Source: Phoronis australis (Eukaryota; Animalia; Phoronida). Taken from it: a stretch of DNA of 64,000 nucleotides. A program made the position numbers and the translations under genes. Where the stretch lies: contig NMRA01000223.1 of the NCBI GenBank assembly GCA_002633005.1, positions 531,664 through 595,663 on the forward strand. Direction: 5' to 3'. Positions 49,928-63,290 of the stretch are shown in pieces; the stretch's first letter is position 1, and the number at the start of each line of letters is the position of its first letter. Below the pieces are notes generated by a model. That model saw only the letters and a program-made list of their open reading frames with translations, searched no databases and had not been told where the DNA came from.

Positions 49928-52371
49928 GTTGTAAATGGAACGTTTTAGCTTGGTGCTGGGAACAAGCAGTTATATGTCTATTTTTAGTGTAAACGTCTAC
50001 CATTGTGAACAGTCAATGTATTATCCTACTCTGTACACCTTGAGTACATGAAATAAAACCTACACATTTCCTCAGGAACTGGACGTGTTGTAGCAAAAAG
50101 TTAAAACAGCAATGCGGTCTGGAACTATGCAATATATATATATGCGTGCGTGCCTGTGCGTGTGTGTGTGTGCAACTTATATGTAAGACATAACAAAGCG
50201 TTTTTAGTAAAAGTTACGCCATACATTCACCATCAGAAGCCGCTGAAATAAGGATGAGAATGAATCCCGCCGGCGTAACGGTGTAATCGCGTAAAGTCCC
50301 TGTCATCAACCGTCAAAGACGACGGGAGGAGCTGGCAAAATTTGCAACCGGGAATCCCGGCATCCTAGGTGTCCGAATTATTTTGGCGTCTAAAGTTCAA
50401 AAACAGTTCCCAGAACTGGACAATTTTGCTCACGTGCGTTGCAACCTACAAAGCACACAGAATCCTTGTTTATCCTACCATTCTGGTGCAATTTCGGTCG
50501 ACCAACGATGCTTTAATGCCGTGCTGCTACTACCACATACAATCAAATAGGACCTAGAAATGCACCCGGTGTCTTTGCAGGCTGTGAAGAAGAAATATCC
50601 ATTGCTCAGAATAGATACTGTGGTATTAAGCAATCTCAGTTTGCTATGCCTCATATGTTTCAGATGTTTAGAGGCAATTACTCCATTTCTGTTTCATCTG
50701 CAGGTTTTTGCTTGAGAGAAAATTTTGATTAGCTGTATTGTATAGGCATAAATATATGATGGCTAGTTTCAGTACGCTCCGTATTTTATGTTGAATTTCA
50801 TATTCGAGAAAATTGCAAATCACATTAAGCGATCTTCGGTGAATCAAGACAAATACGGATATCAGGACAGGGCTGTCAGGACATAACCAGCAACCGAAAC
50901 ATTTGACAAGAAATTATTTGTAACAACAGTAAATAATTGTTACAACTGTAATTATGACTACCTTGTGATTGGCTGATTAACTCGTAAGAAATATTTATTA
51001 TTATTATTATTGTCATAAATATTTATCATTAATTAAATCAGTTTTTGGCCACAGTGAGATTAAAAACCGGNACGAAGTCGACCTGATCACACTAAAAAAT
51101 TGTGATACAACTAATATATTTTTATGATCACGGGGAGATATTTATATGCTGAAAAGGCAAAATAGGGGTGTAGTAAGCCGTCCCTGTCATATTACGTCAG
51201 TTGTAAATGGAACGTTTTAGCTTGGTGCTGGGAACAAGTACACCACGATCAAAATTAATTATTTTTTAAAAGCAGTTATATGTCTATTTTTAGTGTAAAC
51301 GTCTACCATTGTGCACAGTCAATGTATTATCCTACTCTGTACACCGTGAGTACATGAAATACGACCTACACATTTCCTCAGGAACTGGACGTGTTGTAGC
51401 AAAAAGTTAAAACAGCAATGCGGTCTGGAATTATGCAATATATATATGCGTGCGTGCCTGTGCGTGTGTGTGTGTGTGCAACTTATACGTAAGACATAAC
51501 AAAGCGTTTTTAGTAAAAGTTACGCCATACATTCACCATCAGAAGCCGCTGAAATAAGGATGAAAATGAATCCCGCCGGCGTAACGGTGTAATCGCGTAA
51601 AGTCCCTGTCATCAACCGTCAAAGAGGACGGGGAGGAGCTGGCAAAATTTGCAACCGGGAATCCCGGCATCCTAGGTGTCCGAATTATTTTGGCGTCTAC
51701 AGTTCAAAAACAGTTCCCAGAACTGGACAATTTTGCTCACGTACGTTGCAACCTACAAAGCACACAGAATCCTTGTTTATCCTACCATTCTGGTGCAATT
51801 TCGGTCGACCAACGATGCTTTAATGCCGTGCTGCTACTACCACATACAATCAAATAAGACCTAGAAATGCACCCGGTGTCTTTGCAGGCTGTGAACAAGA
51901 AATATCCATTGCTCAGAATAGATACTGTGGTATTAAGCAATCTCAGTTTGCTATGCCTCATATGTTTCAGATGTTTAGAGGCAATTACTCCATTTCTGTT
52001 TCATCTGCAGGTTTTTGCTTGAGAGAAAATTTTGATTAGCTGTATTGTATAGGCATAAATATATGATGGCTAGTTTCAGTACGCTCCGTATTTTATGTTG
52101 AATTTCATATTCGAGAAAATTGCAAATCACATTAAGCGATCTTCGGTGAATCAAGACAAATACGGATATCAGGACAGGGCTGTCAGGACATAACCAGCAA
52201 CCGAAACATTTGACAAGAAATTATTTGTAACAACAGTAAATAATTGTTATAACTGTAATTATGACTACCTTGGCTGATTAACTCGTAAGAAATATTTATT
52301 ATTATTATTATTGTCATAAATATTTATCATTAATTAAATCAGTTTTTGGCCACAGTGAGATTAAAAACCGG
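49928..52371 (+). repeat. Near-identical direct duplication of about 1.15 kb (49928-51070 and 51200-52371) across an N
   Basis: The copies differ by scattered SNPs, an indel of about 33 bp and microsatellite length; copy 1 ends exactly at the N at 51071. The twin ORFs at 50369 and 51676 reflect it. Confidence 0.95.
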
Positions 52372-52990
52372 GCCAAGTAGTATAAATTTGAAACTTCAAT
52401 TATCTCGCCTTATTCATTGAATTGACCCAGCCGTTGAACTGATAGTTGTTTTCAAACCTCTTCGGAAACTTTCCAGCATGCTGTGTAACTTTAAGTCACC
52501 CATCCCTTTATTGAACAAGAGCAACTTTGTTTATAAGGTTGAATGTGACAACTGTAAGTAATTCTATAACGGACTCACACAGAGACGCCTCTGTGACAGG
52601 CTGAAAGAACATCACACCTCGGAGAAAAGCAACATATATAGGCTTTGTGTTGGCAACAGTCACCAATCCAATTCAGTTAGTACTATCTTCTGAGAACCTA
52701 AAAAGGAGTTACTGTACATTAAGGAAACATTGGCCATTCAGAACCAGCATGTCACTGATTCTCTGAATAACAGGCAGAGCTCAGTGACCCTGCAACTGTG
52801 GTGGTGACCAGCTACATGTAATTGACTTTATTCCCTGTATCTCTCACTTCACGGATGTTACCTGAGCTGTATGTTGGCACTTGCTGTCCTAGATTGTTGT
52901 AAATATGATCCTGATGATGTCTAATGAATAGACGAAACGTTGACTGAACATGAACTTTTTTATTTGTGCGGCGATCGTCCGGTTTTTAAA
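52372..52990 (+). mobile_element. 5'-truncated Penelope-like retroelement: GIY-YIG endonuclease C-terminus (pseudogenised) plus pLTR region
   Basis: One frame reads VVFKPLRKLSSMLCNFKSPIPLLNKSNFVYKVECDNCK*FYNGLTQRRLCDRLKEH...LYIKETLAI...SLNNRQSSVTLQLW with in-frame stops. This is the VYK..C..C..YxGxT.R.L..RxxEH pattern of PLE endonucleases. A hammerhead core follows. Confidence 0.88.
52905..52946 (+). ncRNA. Minimal type I hammerhead ribozyme core in the Penelope pLTR
   Basis: CTGATGA (52911-17), T, stem II GTCTA/atgaa/TAGAC, GAAA (52934-37), CGTT with a palindromic AACGTT stem III. Stem I is short or decayed. Confidence 0.75.
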
Positions 52991-53406
52991 TATTTATTAC
53001 CGTTGCAGTAACTAATTTTTGTGTTATTTCTGAATTCTGGCTTCCACGGACTGACTAGCGAATTATGACTGTAACAAGTTGGGAGTTACTAACTACAACA
53101 ATAAATCGGACTTCTGCCGCAGGCGGCCAACGATGATACTCGCACCATTGTTCACTGCTGACAGTTTATTGCAGCAGACACGTTTTATTCTTCGACTCAC
53201 GTCAGCACTATTCGTCAAAGATAGAACTTGTAATCTTTCTACTGCTTCTGGTTTTTGGGTTTTTACTTGTTTCTTGAAACATGCCATTATTTCCTAGTTC
53301 GTCACTTACCTCGGTAATACGCTGAAATCAGCGATACACATGTAGATGTTCCTGCTTTGCATCCGTGTCCCCACTTAGGGTCTCATCAAGCATCGATTTG
53401 ACTTAA

Positions 53407-53999
53407 AGTGCTTGAAACCACCATTTACTTTTTTTCGTCAAGTGGCTGCATCGTTAGTATCATTGGATTTTTTTATCGCACTACATACCACAGTCGTGAG
53501 TTCAATGTACCAAAAACGAGAAAACAGAAGAAAGGCGACTTCAATTGAAAGTTTCTTAGCTCCACATGAATCGGTGTGACGTACGAAGGTACCCAGCGCC
53601 AAGGTAACATATCCAGCAACACGCGAGTTTCTTGTACAAGCTTGTGCCATATCCGCACTTCTCCGATGTCCCGAGGGAAAGTGAAAAGAGCCTCCGGCGT
53701 GGTCAAATACTAAGTTGTCACAACCAACACAAACGCAACGCTTCGACATTTTTTATTATACAATAAAGCACGGGAACACGAGTAGCAATATCTGACCACT
53801 TTAGACGCTAAAAACAATGGAGCATGAATAGTCCAGTGATTGGTTGTAGTATGTTTCAACCAATAAATGTTCGTACCTCGAGATCAGGTGATAAACATAT
53901 TGTCAGATATTTACGGTTTGCGGGTGTTCTATGGCCGCTGGTCGACTGGTGGGATTATTTTTTTTGGTGTTTTTGATGTAAAATTGATGACTTTAGCAG
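53407..53999 (-). mobile_element. Second copy of the Kolobok-like element with THAP remnant
   Basis: TTAA|AGTGCTTGAAACCA at 53403 and TTAA at about 54000. The minus-strand ORFs join across a frameshift as MSKRCVCVGCDN...FTFPRDIGEVRIWHKLVQETR, resembling the THAP N-half (Cys cluster, FxFP, W). Confidence 0.75.
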
Positions 54000-54440
54000 T
54001 TAAACATATTCACCGCGTGAATAAGTCCTGTACTGAGGTGAAGACAGTCTCAGTGCCCCCTTTTGCAGTGCAATAGACACGTGCAAGCCACGGCTTCTTT
54101 TGAGCACAGAATCTGAGTGAGTCTCTCGAGAGCGCTATAGCTTTCCCATACTCTTACAGTATATCTTTGGTCACAGTTTTAATTATCACCCATTACGTAA
54201 TACTTGTGCCTGTACGTAGCGCTCACGCATAATATGACGAGGAATTCATTATCACCCATATAATCTACGTAAAAGTGCCAAGATACACAGGTAATCTCTC
54301 TCATCCTTGACCATGAGAAATATTTGGTGAATGAAACCGATGTCTCTCAAAGCCAGGAATAAATTGTGCGTTCCTTGTCCAATAATGACGCATTACTTAC
54401 ATGTATGAATGTATACTGTTTATTCGCTGTTGTACGTTTT

Positions 54441-54660
54441 TTGCTTCTAAGTGTGCTCAATGTTCTTCATGAGACATTGACTCTCAATAAGCTCATCGTT
54501 ATATTAAGCATGTATTGCTTTTGATTGAGCCCACCATGATATTGACGGTACATTGCTCCTGCGGCACGTACGGGATTAGTGGATCTTCACGACCAGCTCA
54601 GTATAAGCATGCACTGCGTTTCCTCATTTCTAAGCTGACCATTAGCATGCATTTTAGCTG
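54441..54660 (+). repeat. Interspersed repeat also present at 63790-64000
   Basis: GTGTGCTCAATGTTCTTCATGAGACATTG...TATTGCTT.TGATTGAGCCCACC...TACATTGCTCCTGC is shared by both places. Confidence 0.8.
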
Positions 54661-57600
54661 AGACTTTTTCCAGTAAAAGCTCCGCCTCCCATTGAAGCAT
54701 TTTGCCGATTCGAGTCCACCAAACCTTGGATGCGTTCCGTAGACGCAAGACAAAAGGCAGTGTGATCCCGTGCTTCGCCTGTAATGCGTGGCGATATCTC
54801 CGAACACACGAAAATTTAAACACGATCACCGCGTGCGTAAGTGATAGTGCACATACATTGTACAGTATCAGTGGTTCCTTTTTGCGGTGCACTATACGCG
54901 CCCAGCCCACGTCTGGGCACAGAATCTGACTGAGACTCACACGAGTACTCAGTTTGCCCCGAAGGTGCTTAATGAGAGAAGACCTTTCGGTGATCTTGAA
55001 GAGTATGACAGTGTGCTGCAGTATAATTTATAAAAAAGCGATTGCCCCACCCGAATGCTTGGTTCCTGTCTTGTAACTAAGGTAGTGGAACTCAACCAGA
55101 ATTAAGACTTGGCTGCGTTCCGCACACGCGCGAGACATTCGCGAGACACCTGCAACGAGACCTCTTTGAAACGGAATCTGTGAAGTCAGTCCCACAATTC
55201 ACTATTCCTGAACCGCCGATCAATCACTTCATTGGCCGCCATGTTACAGTCTAGGCTAGTAAAGTATCACAACCTTACTCGCAAGACACTCTCTTTACTT
55301 GCGTGGCATTGCGTCCTCTCGCTTTTCTCTCAAGGAAATTTTTCTACGGAACTCACCCCTGGACAAATCAGACGTCTTTCTCTTGTCTTCTAAAATAGTG
55401 GCAACCCGATAATGCAGTTAGTGTTGGCCTCAAATGACTAAATTGGCAAAAAACCCTCGTTTCATCAAAGACACTTATATTTAATTTACATGTAGGTCAC
55501 TTATTACGGGTTTAAAATCGGTCCCAAACCATTCTTTATTCGGATGAGAACTTAAGTTATTTTTGGTCTTGCAAAAATTGACAGCCCGTAACTCCCCTAG
55601 ACCATGCTCGGCGAATAACATGACACGCCGTGACAAGTCAACTACTAGAACTTGGTCTCGAACAAAACGAACTGCCAATTTCCTGAAATTACACTTATTT
55701 CGACTAACTTTTTGGGCCCAATTTCACAATGGTGCATTCACTCAATCAAATTTTTTGGTGACTGAAGACGGGTTTATAACCGTTTTGTCTAAAAATCAGA
55801 AGTCTAGGTGTAAATCCATTGCCAATGTTCGTCTACAACTGCAGAATTGATTCATGCCTAATGTCTATTGACTGGGCGATGTTCGCTTTCACAAACTCGC
55901 CGTTCGACTTTTCGCAGAATGTCAGGTTAGGGACTTTAGTAGCATAGTGCAGAACACTGTTTGATGTCTCAATACTATCAATTCCAACACGAGCCTTGAC
56001 TCATCGTTGATGTATATTGACATTCGCTATAAGTAGTTGCCAGCGTTTAAACTCATTTATGCAAGTGATAACACAGTGTGAATTTGGTTTTTGAGGACTC
56101 AGAGAAAATGGTGGCAAAGTGATTTCCCAACTTCCTCTCATCGTGATACAATATACGCGAGCCACTCTGTGAATTGCAGAATTTCTCCCTGGATTGCTGT
56201 GTCAAGTTTGCTTGTTTAAAACACAAAAGGAGCTGTGACGTTGACTGCATGACTTTGATTAGCAGCGAGTACGCCACGTTGCGTGTGATATCCCGTCTCA
56301 CTCGTTACCAAGATGTGATTGTTTGACTCACCCTTTACCATCGGGGTGATGCGATGCCTGTTTGCACGCCTTAAAAGATCCTGGTATCAAGAACAATCGA
56401 CCAGACAGTAGCGGTATATCGGCACGGTGAATACGGAACAACTATTTTTATCTAGTTGCCGTCCGGTTCAGTACATTGGCACAAAAATACCGCGTCAGTA
56501 ACGTAACTGGTAGCGACCGCTAACTGAGGAATGAGAGACTCGCAGATCAACACACTGGGATTGCAAGCTTTCCACAATCCACAAGACACAGTTATAATTG
56601 CATGACGGACAGTCAATAACTATTTCTTCTACCACTTATCCATTCGGATAAGTAGACCACATCTGTGTTATAATCTCGCACATACATTCCGCAGCTTGAG
56701 GTCGGCAGATGAACGGAACTAAGCCGTCTTTCAATGTCAATTACAAGTTCACGCGTTTGCAGGTAAGAAAGTTAGATATTTAAGCAGACTGTCATTTCGA
56801 GCTGTACTGTGGTGTGGTACAAGTATATACAGGACTAATTTGGGAGACTGTATTATGTAAAAACTGACTTTATTCCATTGCGCATCGTTTCTGTTCACGA
56901 GTTGAGGAAAATATTGGTATCGTCGAGCTTCCCAACACTGCACAACAACTCAGCTTACTAAAAACTAATGGTGACGACTCTCACAATTGTCAGACCAGGA
57001 TAGGTTTGCTGCTGTGGTGAAGTGTTGCGGCAATAGGGTAAAACTATAGGGAACAATCGCGCTGATGAACGGATCATGATTCACGTCTCGTCATTTCAGT
57101 TTGATGTCGGAATCCCACTTACAGCCATGCGGTGTTTAACTGCCTTTTATTGTATAGCAATCAATTCTCGTGTATAATTGCCGAATTTCCCCAGGGGACA
57201 AGAGCTAGCCGCAATTTAAGTCTATCTGTACTGTGTTATCCGTGGTTATGAGTCCCCATTAATAGAATGGTGTATTTAGACAGCTGTTGTAGAAAAAATA
57301 CAATATTAATACAAACAGAATGTCCTTTAATTTATGAATACTAAGCAGCTTGGGAATATTGGAGAAGCGATTTGACACAGTGTGACCCCTGTTAACACGT
57401 TTTAGTTTTGTTTATGATACACTGTATTGGTGGTCGCTCATAACGTCTTTTATCTTTTTCGAATTCTGAAACTTATGTCTTAAAAGCCAATAAATGGCCC
57501 CTACCCGAGTTCACACTCGTGTGGATACGGTCAGCGGTTAGACGGAACTTAAACGCCAGCAGTTGCCCTAACCCATCGTTAAACTAACCGTTCATTCTGG

Positions 57601-60034
57601 AAATCCACTACACAATAAGAACCAGTATCAATTCTTAGATAAGTACCATCAGGTATTTTAAAGTAAAATGGCGAAAATTGGGACAGCATATGCCTTAACT
57701 TCAATACTATGGTAAGCGAATCAAACATAATGTGAAAACGGGGTAATTATAGTAAACGACACTACACGTGGGCACCTGTCGACAACACGTTGACAACTGT
57801 TTAATATATGTCTTTACAAGATGTTACAGGAACAAAATTTTAGATGCTCATTTACTACGCAATAACTTGAAAAACTCGAGCTGCTTTCCCTGCAACCATG
57901 TCCAACTCGAATAACTATATGAAAATTACCATCTTACGCAAAAACACTACCCATTTTTGCACACACAGACTCACGCTCACGCACACGTACATGCACATAT
58001 GTCGAACTGTATTTTTATTGTATTTCACTATTTGTTACATAAGTTAATACAACTATCATATATCTCTTATTAGTTGATGTATATAGCTCTTTTAATTAGA
58101 CTTCAATCTCTAACGTAGTAATGATAGCGAATTGTAAATGGTTCAAATGACTTAGTGAGAGATGACCCAGTGTATAATCCTTTATAAATAATAGGACAAG
58201 TGTAAATATTTGCAATTCATTACTAATTTGAGATAAATTTTCACTTGCACTATTATTTATATTTGTTAAAGTAATTGAGTCCCAGTTTACAAGGCCTATA
58301 AAATATCGTCTGTAAATTAATTCACTTTAATCATCGTTTTAATTATTTGTTTTAATGCTTCCGCTCGTGTATTGTATAACATGACCCAGTGCCCTGCAAT
58401 TTTTGTGAAGAAGGTTTCTTTTAATCATCACGTATTTGGGCTTAGAATCTGGTCTCTGTTGGCGAAACGCGACCAAAAATTGACCAAATGCTTGACGCAT
58501 TTCAAGCCAACTTGCCGTACTCAAATCATGCAGGGTGGTTGTTTCGAGTCTGAGACTTAAGTCGAGTTTGACTTTGTAGATCAGACCCTGAAATGTGTTT
58601 CTTGCAGTAAAAACGAATTCACGCAAGTGTTCGCGAGATATCGCCGTGCATCACAGACAAAGTGCGTGATCACACTTGCCAGTTTCTTGCATGTGCGGAA
58701 CTCTCCCCTGCTTCTGAACACACCTCTGTGCAGAACGTGTTTCGAGTCTGTTGTAACCAAACTCCAATACGTGCGCTTGTCTCGCATTACAAGTCACCAC
58801 AGAACGTCACCTTGTCAAAGCAGGGGTCGTATCACGACCAGGCTGTGTTTCAGCTCAACACTTCCCTTGAGGCAAATACTTTTGATCTATACACATCGAC
58901 AGGTAGACGGCCTACGCAAAGATCCAAGTTACAGCATTTTCCATCATAATATACAGTAATGAGGATCAAAAATTCAAGACGTCTGTTTCATAAAAAGAGA
59001 CACAAGACTAACTTCAGACACAATTACTTTTTGAAAAATAATTTAATGCCACTTCAGCAAAAAGTGTCCGAAAGTATACACAACCATGAGGCATGCGCAC
59101 GTCTGATGCACAGCAAATGACATCAGACCACCTGCACTGTTTATTTTATACACGTGCTGTACGCATAGTATAATTTGGCAGTAGAGCCTCTCTAATGCAG
59201 ATTTCGTTATAAACGATTCGACAACTGATTGTTAGATAACTTCTTTCTGTATTTCCCGTACTACTCACTGGGATCTCGTTTCATTTCTTACCTAGGTCGG
59301 TATAATATAATTTTTTAAAACGGATTTTGTATAGTTTGTTCTTTTAACGATGTCGCTCGGGGAGCTAGTGCACATATGGGATCCACACTCAAAGAATAAA
59401 TTTAACGTCTTAAAACAACCAAACTTATCAACGGATGCGTGGATCGTTTTGAAGTTTCATGCAACCCAGCCATGTAGGAAAGAACACACATGGCCAATCT
59501 CATTCAATCACGTGTATAACATGGATGGTCAACGCTGCCAACAAACATACATGCAATATGCTATTGACAATTCAAGTGTGGTTCATGACTACTTCAATTA
59601 GTTTGAACTTTACTCCTGAAGAGTTAATAGCAAATCGATTTTCAAATATGAGACGCCCTCATGTATTTTGTGTCCGTTTGTGATCGATATGTTATGGTAG
59701 GATGTTCGTTTATTATAATGACTAATACCCTTTATAATATAATCTTATCAACGCTAATAAGTACCAAAACTACTTGGGCTCATGAGTTTGGAAAAAATGT
59801 TCAAGACAGAAGCTTTCGAGGCCAATGGGAGCGACATTTCCTCAGGTATGAGGACAAATGCGCGAAAACCTTTAATATCTCAACCTGTTCAAAACTACAA
59901 AGGGGAGGGACTTAAGAAAGTTAAAAACAAGGGTGAAAAAATGGGAATAGTTAGAGGTAGTGGCTCACGTGACTCATATCTTTATTACGACTGTCGTTCT
60001 CGTGAGTGTTGAAAAACAAAACCAAGTAATTAAT

Positions 60035-60184
60035 CAGGGGGGGGGGTGGAGGCAAGGTGGTCATGTTCCCCTAAAATTCTCCCAGATTCCATTTGGCAGT
60101 TCGGAGTTGCGACTGTCTGACTGACAAAATCCTGGCTGATACTCTGCATTGGCCCTCAGCTAACCCCAAATCCTGGATCCGCCT
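60035..60184. mobile_element. MITE of the CAG-ended family, ends decayed
   Basis: Shares CCCAGATTCCATTTGGCAGTTCGG and AAAATCCTGGCT...CCTGGATCCGCC with the reverse complement of the 34062 copy. Confidence 0.7.
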
Positions 60185-60350
60185 TTTGAGATTTCCTCAG
60201 ATCTCCTGTTGTGGATGTTATTAAGATTGCCCATTGGCCCACAATCCCGAAGTCGCTGCTACGACCATGTGACGAAAACTAGTCCTGGCCGCCAGCGGAA
60301 GCGAGGAACGGTCCCAGATTGCTTTACGGTTTCCATTCAGCAACGCGTGT

Positions 60351-60825
60351 CAGCGTCGTCCCCAGGCCTCAAGACGGCGCTGATCGGTTTAGGCATTTGA
60401 GGCTTGGATATGAGAAATGAAATGTGTCAGAATTCCGACACACTTTTATGGAAATCGCCAGAATATTACGAGTAATATAAAGTTATTTCAACTTTTCAAA
60501 TTTTCTGCAGAATAATATGAAAAAGAAAACTATTGGTATATTGCAACAATTTAGATCTAAATTTTGCAAAGATGATGCATTTTGATTCGAAAACAGATTA
60601 ATTTATTAAATTAAATAAAAAAATGAAAAGTAAGTACGGCAACAATCTTTACTTCAAACAATAACCATGAATGGCAGTAACAACGTTTGTGAAAATAATT
60701 AAAATCTCTCTCTGTTTTAATGTTGTCAAAGCAGCAGCCAATCATTGCGCAGGCGGTATTTCCCATAACCAAGCCTCAAATGGTTAAACCGATCAGCGCC
60801 ATCTTGAGGCTTGGGGACGAGGCTG
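60351..60825. mobile_element. MITE with terminal inverted repeats of about 68 bp
   Basis: CAGCGTCGTCCCCAGGCCTCAAGACGGCGCTGATCGGTTTAGGCATTTGAGGCTTGG at the left is mirrored by CCAAGCCTCAAATGGTTAAACCGATCAGCGCCATCTTGAGGCTTGGGGACGAGGCTG at the right; AT-rich interior. Confidence 0.8.
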
Positions 60826-62204
60826 AGACCCGTGTGCGGGGGCCAGTCGCTCTCGTCTGTACACAAAAAACTTGACGACAGAGCTGCATCGAATAAGATG
60901 TCTTACTCGTAAATTGTCCTATGAACGATTTTTTCTGCAACTATGATGTTGAATTTCGACCTTATTTTGAATGCACTAGCAAGTGAATTTTGATAACACC
61001 CACAAAAACGGATCTAAAGAAAGCTCATTGACAAAACTAAAAATTAGTTCATCTTCCACAAACATGTTCTTTCCGCAAGTGGTTTGTTTACAAATCGCCC
61101 AGTTCAAGAAAGACCGGGGCTACACTTACACGTCGTTCCGCTAATAATAATTTAATATTCAATAGCAAATCCACTTTATTTAAAACATATGCTCAATTTT
61201 TTTGTTTGGCGCGTTTGTAACCTCAGTCTTACTTTAGACTCAGACCAGTCGCCGGATGTAAATAAACACTGGCATAAGGGCAGGCGATCGTTTTTGCTTT
61301 CCACGTTTGCTCGTTGACTGAAGTGACAATATTGCGCGTTGTACTGATTACCTCTTATCGATTTTCATGTAAAACCTACACAAACGAGAAACTTTTTCAA
61401 TGGACATTACACAATTAGAATCCGGAAATTGTTTGCCAAAATGTAAAATGATATAATAATGAAACGTTGGGAAGATGAATTTCTTTCCGCGCTACGAAGA
61501 ATTCACTCTGTGTTCTCGAGGTAAACGTACACCGAATACGGTTGCGACTACGTGATTTGCTAAAAGCACTGCTTCATGGTTAATTACCTTTCTGTGATGT
61601 CATTGGGTGCGTTAGTCGTCCATTTGTAGAACCTGGCAGGCAAACTTTGCAAAGATGTCTTGGGTCATCACGAAACTGGTGCAGACATCAAGCTTTAAAT
61701 ATTTATAAATGCGCAATGGCGTGTACAATTACAATTGTCCAGGATTTGTTTCATGAAAAATAATATCAGGTTCAACAACACTATCTCGGCAGTTAATTCG
61801 ACTTCAGCAGCATAGAAAGCCTGGGAATAAATATATAAGCGCTAATTACTGGAATAATTTGTATTCCTAATTGCCAAACTGTGATGACATTAGAACAATT
61901 GTTCAGTAATAACGCAGTGGTAGCGTAAGACACAATTTCTGATTTAAGCCGAAGTCGCGTCTGTTAATGAAACAGTGCGCAGAAGCTAATGCTGTAGTTA
62001 TTCGTGATATGTGTACGTTGTATTGCCACATCTCTGCCGCATCTGAGGATTTCTCATTAATGTCATAATGATGATCTTGCATATTAAGTGGAAATTAATT
62101 ATTTCAACTGAAATCCACTGGCGAATCCCATATGCAGGTGATGTATGCTTGGCCTTGTTGGGACAACCCCCCCCCAGGCGACCAGTGAGTGTGATACATA
62201 ACGT

Positions 62205-63290
62205 CAGAATGTATCCAGCGTGATGTTGACGACATTTTGATTCTGAAGTGCGAGATGATACTTTACTTCTGAGTCAGTGTGACCAGAGTGTGTATTTGTT
62301 AGACAGTAAATCTGAAATGCGTGTGATACTTATCGCTTCTGGTTGAGTTGTTGGATGACACATAGGGTGCATTTGTGGTGGTCCCGTGGGGTCAACAAGC
62401 TGAGACTTCTCTTCTGGATGACGACTTCCTGCTGCCTTAGCCAGTTGACGACAAAAGCGGCAAATCATACATGTATCAAGTGCAGCCACTGATTCTGGAT
62501 GTTTGCGATTCTTTATTTCTGATTCTGTCCAGGGTGTTATTGATGACATGTTCACTCTGAATTTGTGAGACACTTTGCATCTGAGTAGGTCCAGTGTGTT
62601 GTTGAGGACACATATTGATCATAATTCTGTTTCATATCGTACTTCACTTCCGGTCGTACACACGGTGTTGTTGATGACACATTGGTTCTGAATGTTTGCG
62701 CCAGCCTCCCTTACTTCAGGTAATGTACAACGTGTTAAAATGACACATATTCTGAGTGTGTGAGATATATTCACTTCGATTCTCGGTGTGTTCATTCTGA
62801 ATGTTTGTGACATTTGATTGTGATTACCAGTCATATCGTTGATACTGAACTAGTCGTTGATTCACAAGTGTGAGACTATTTACTTCTAAATGTTGATGAT
62901 TCTGATCGAGTGTTTGTCATGTGTAGCCTACTTTACTTCTTACCCAGCGTGCTGTTGACGGCACATTGATTCTGAATATGTGAGTACAAATACTTCTGAA
63001 TGTGTCCAGCGTGTAATTATCGACACATTTACTCCGTCTGAAAATGTGTCATAGAGTGCACGTGGTTTACGACCTCTGACTGTCCGACGCAATGTTGATT
63101 CTGAAGAGTGAGACACTTCACATCTGATTTCACCCGGCGTGATGTTGACGACACATTGATTCTGAGTGTGTGTCGTACTTTACACAGTCGTGAGCATGTC
63201 CAGCGTGTAATTGACGACATATTGATTCTGAATTATTGCTGTGCGATACTGAGCTCCTGAATGTATCCATGCAGTGTATTCTGAATGAAC
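62205..63290. repeat. Degenerate tandem array, unit about 60-65 bp
   Basis: Recurrent CCAGCGTGATGTTGACGACACATTGATTCTGAxTGTG...TACTTTACTTCTGA units, e.g. near 62216, 62944, 63006, 63135, 63200. Confidence 0.8.

Noticed and set aside
50369-51864. Twin 62-aa ORFs (MSELFWRL...)
   Set aside because: GTG-started by-products of the 1.15-kb duplication, with no coding hallmarks.
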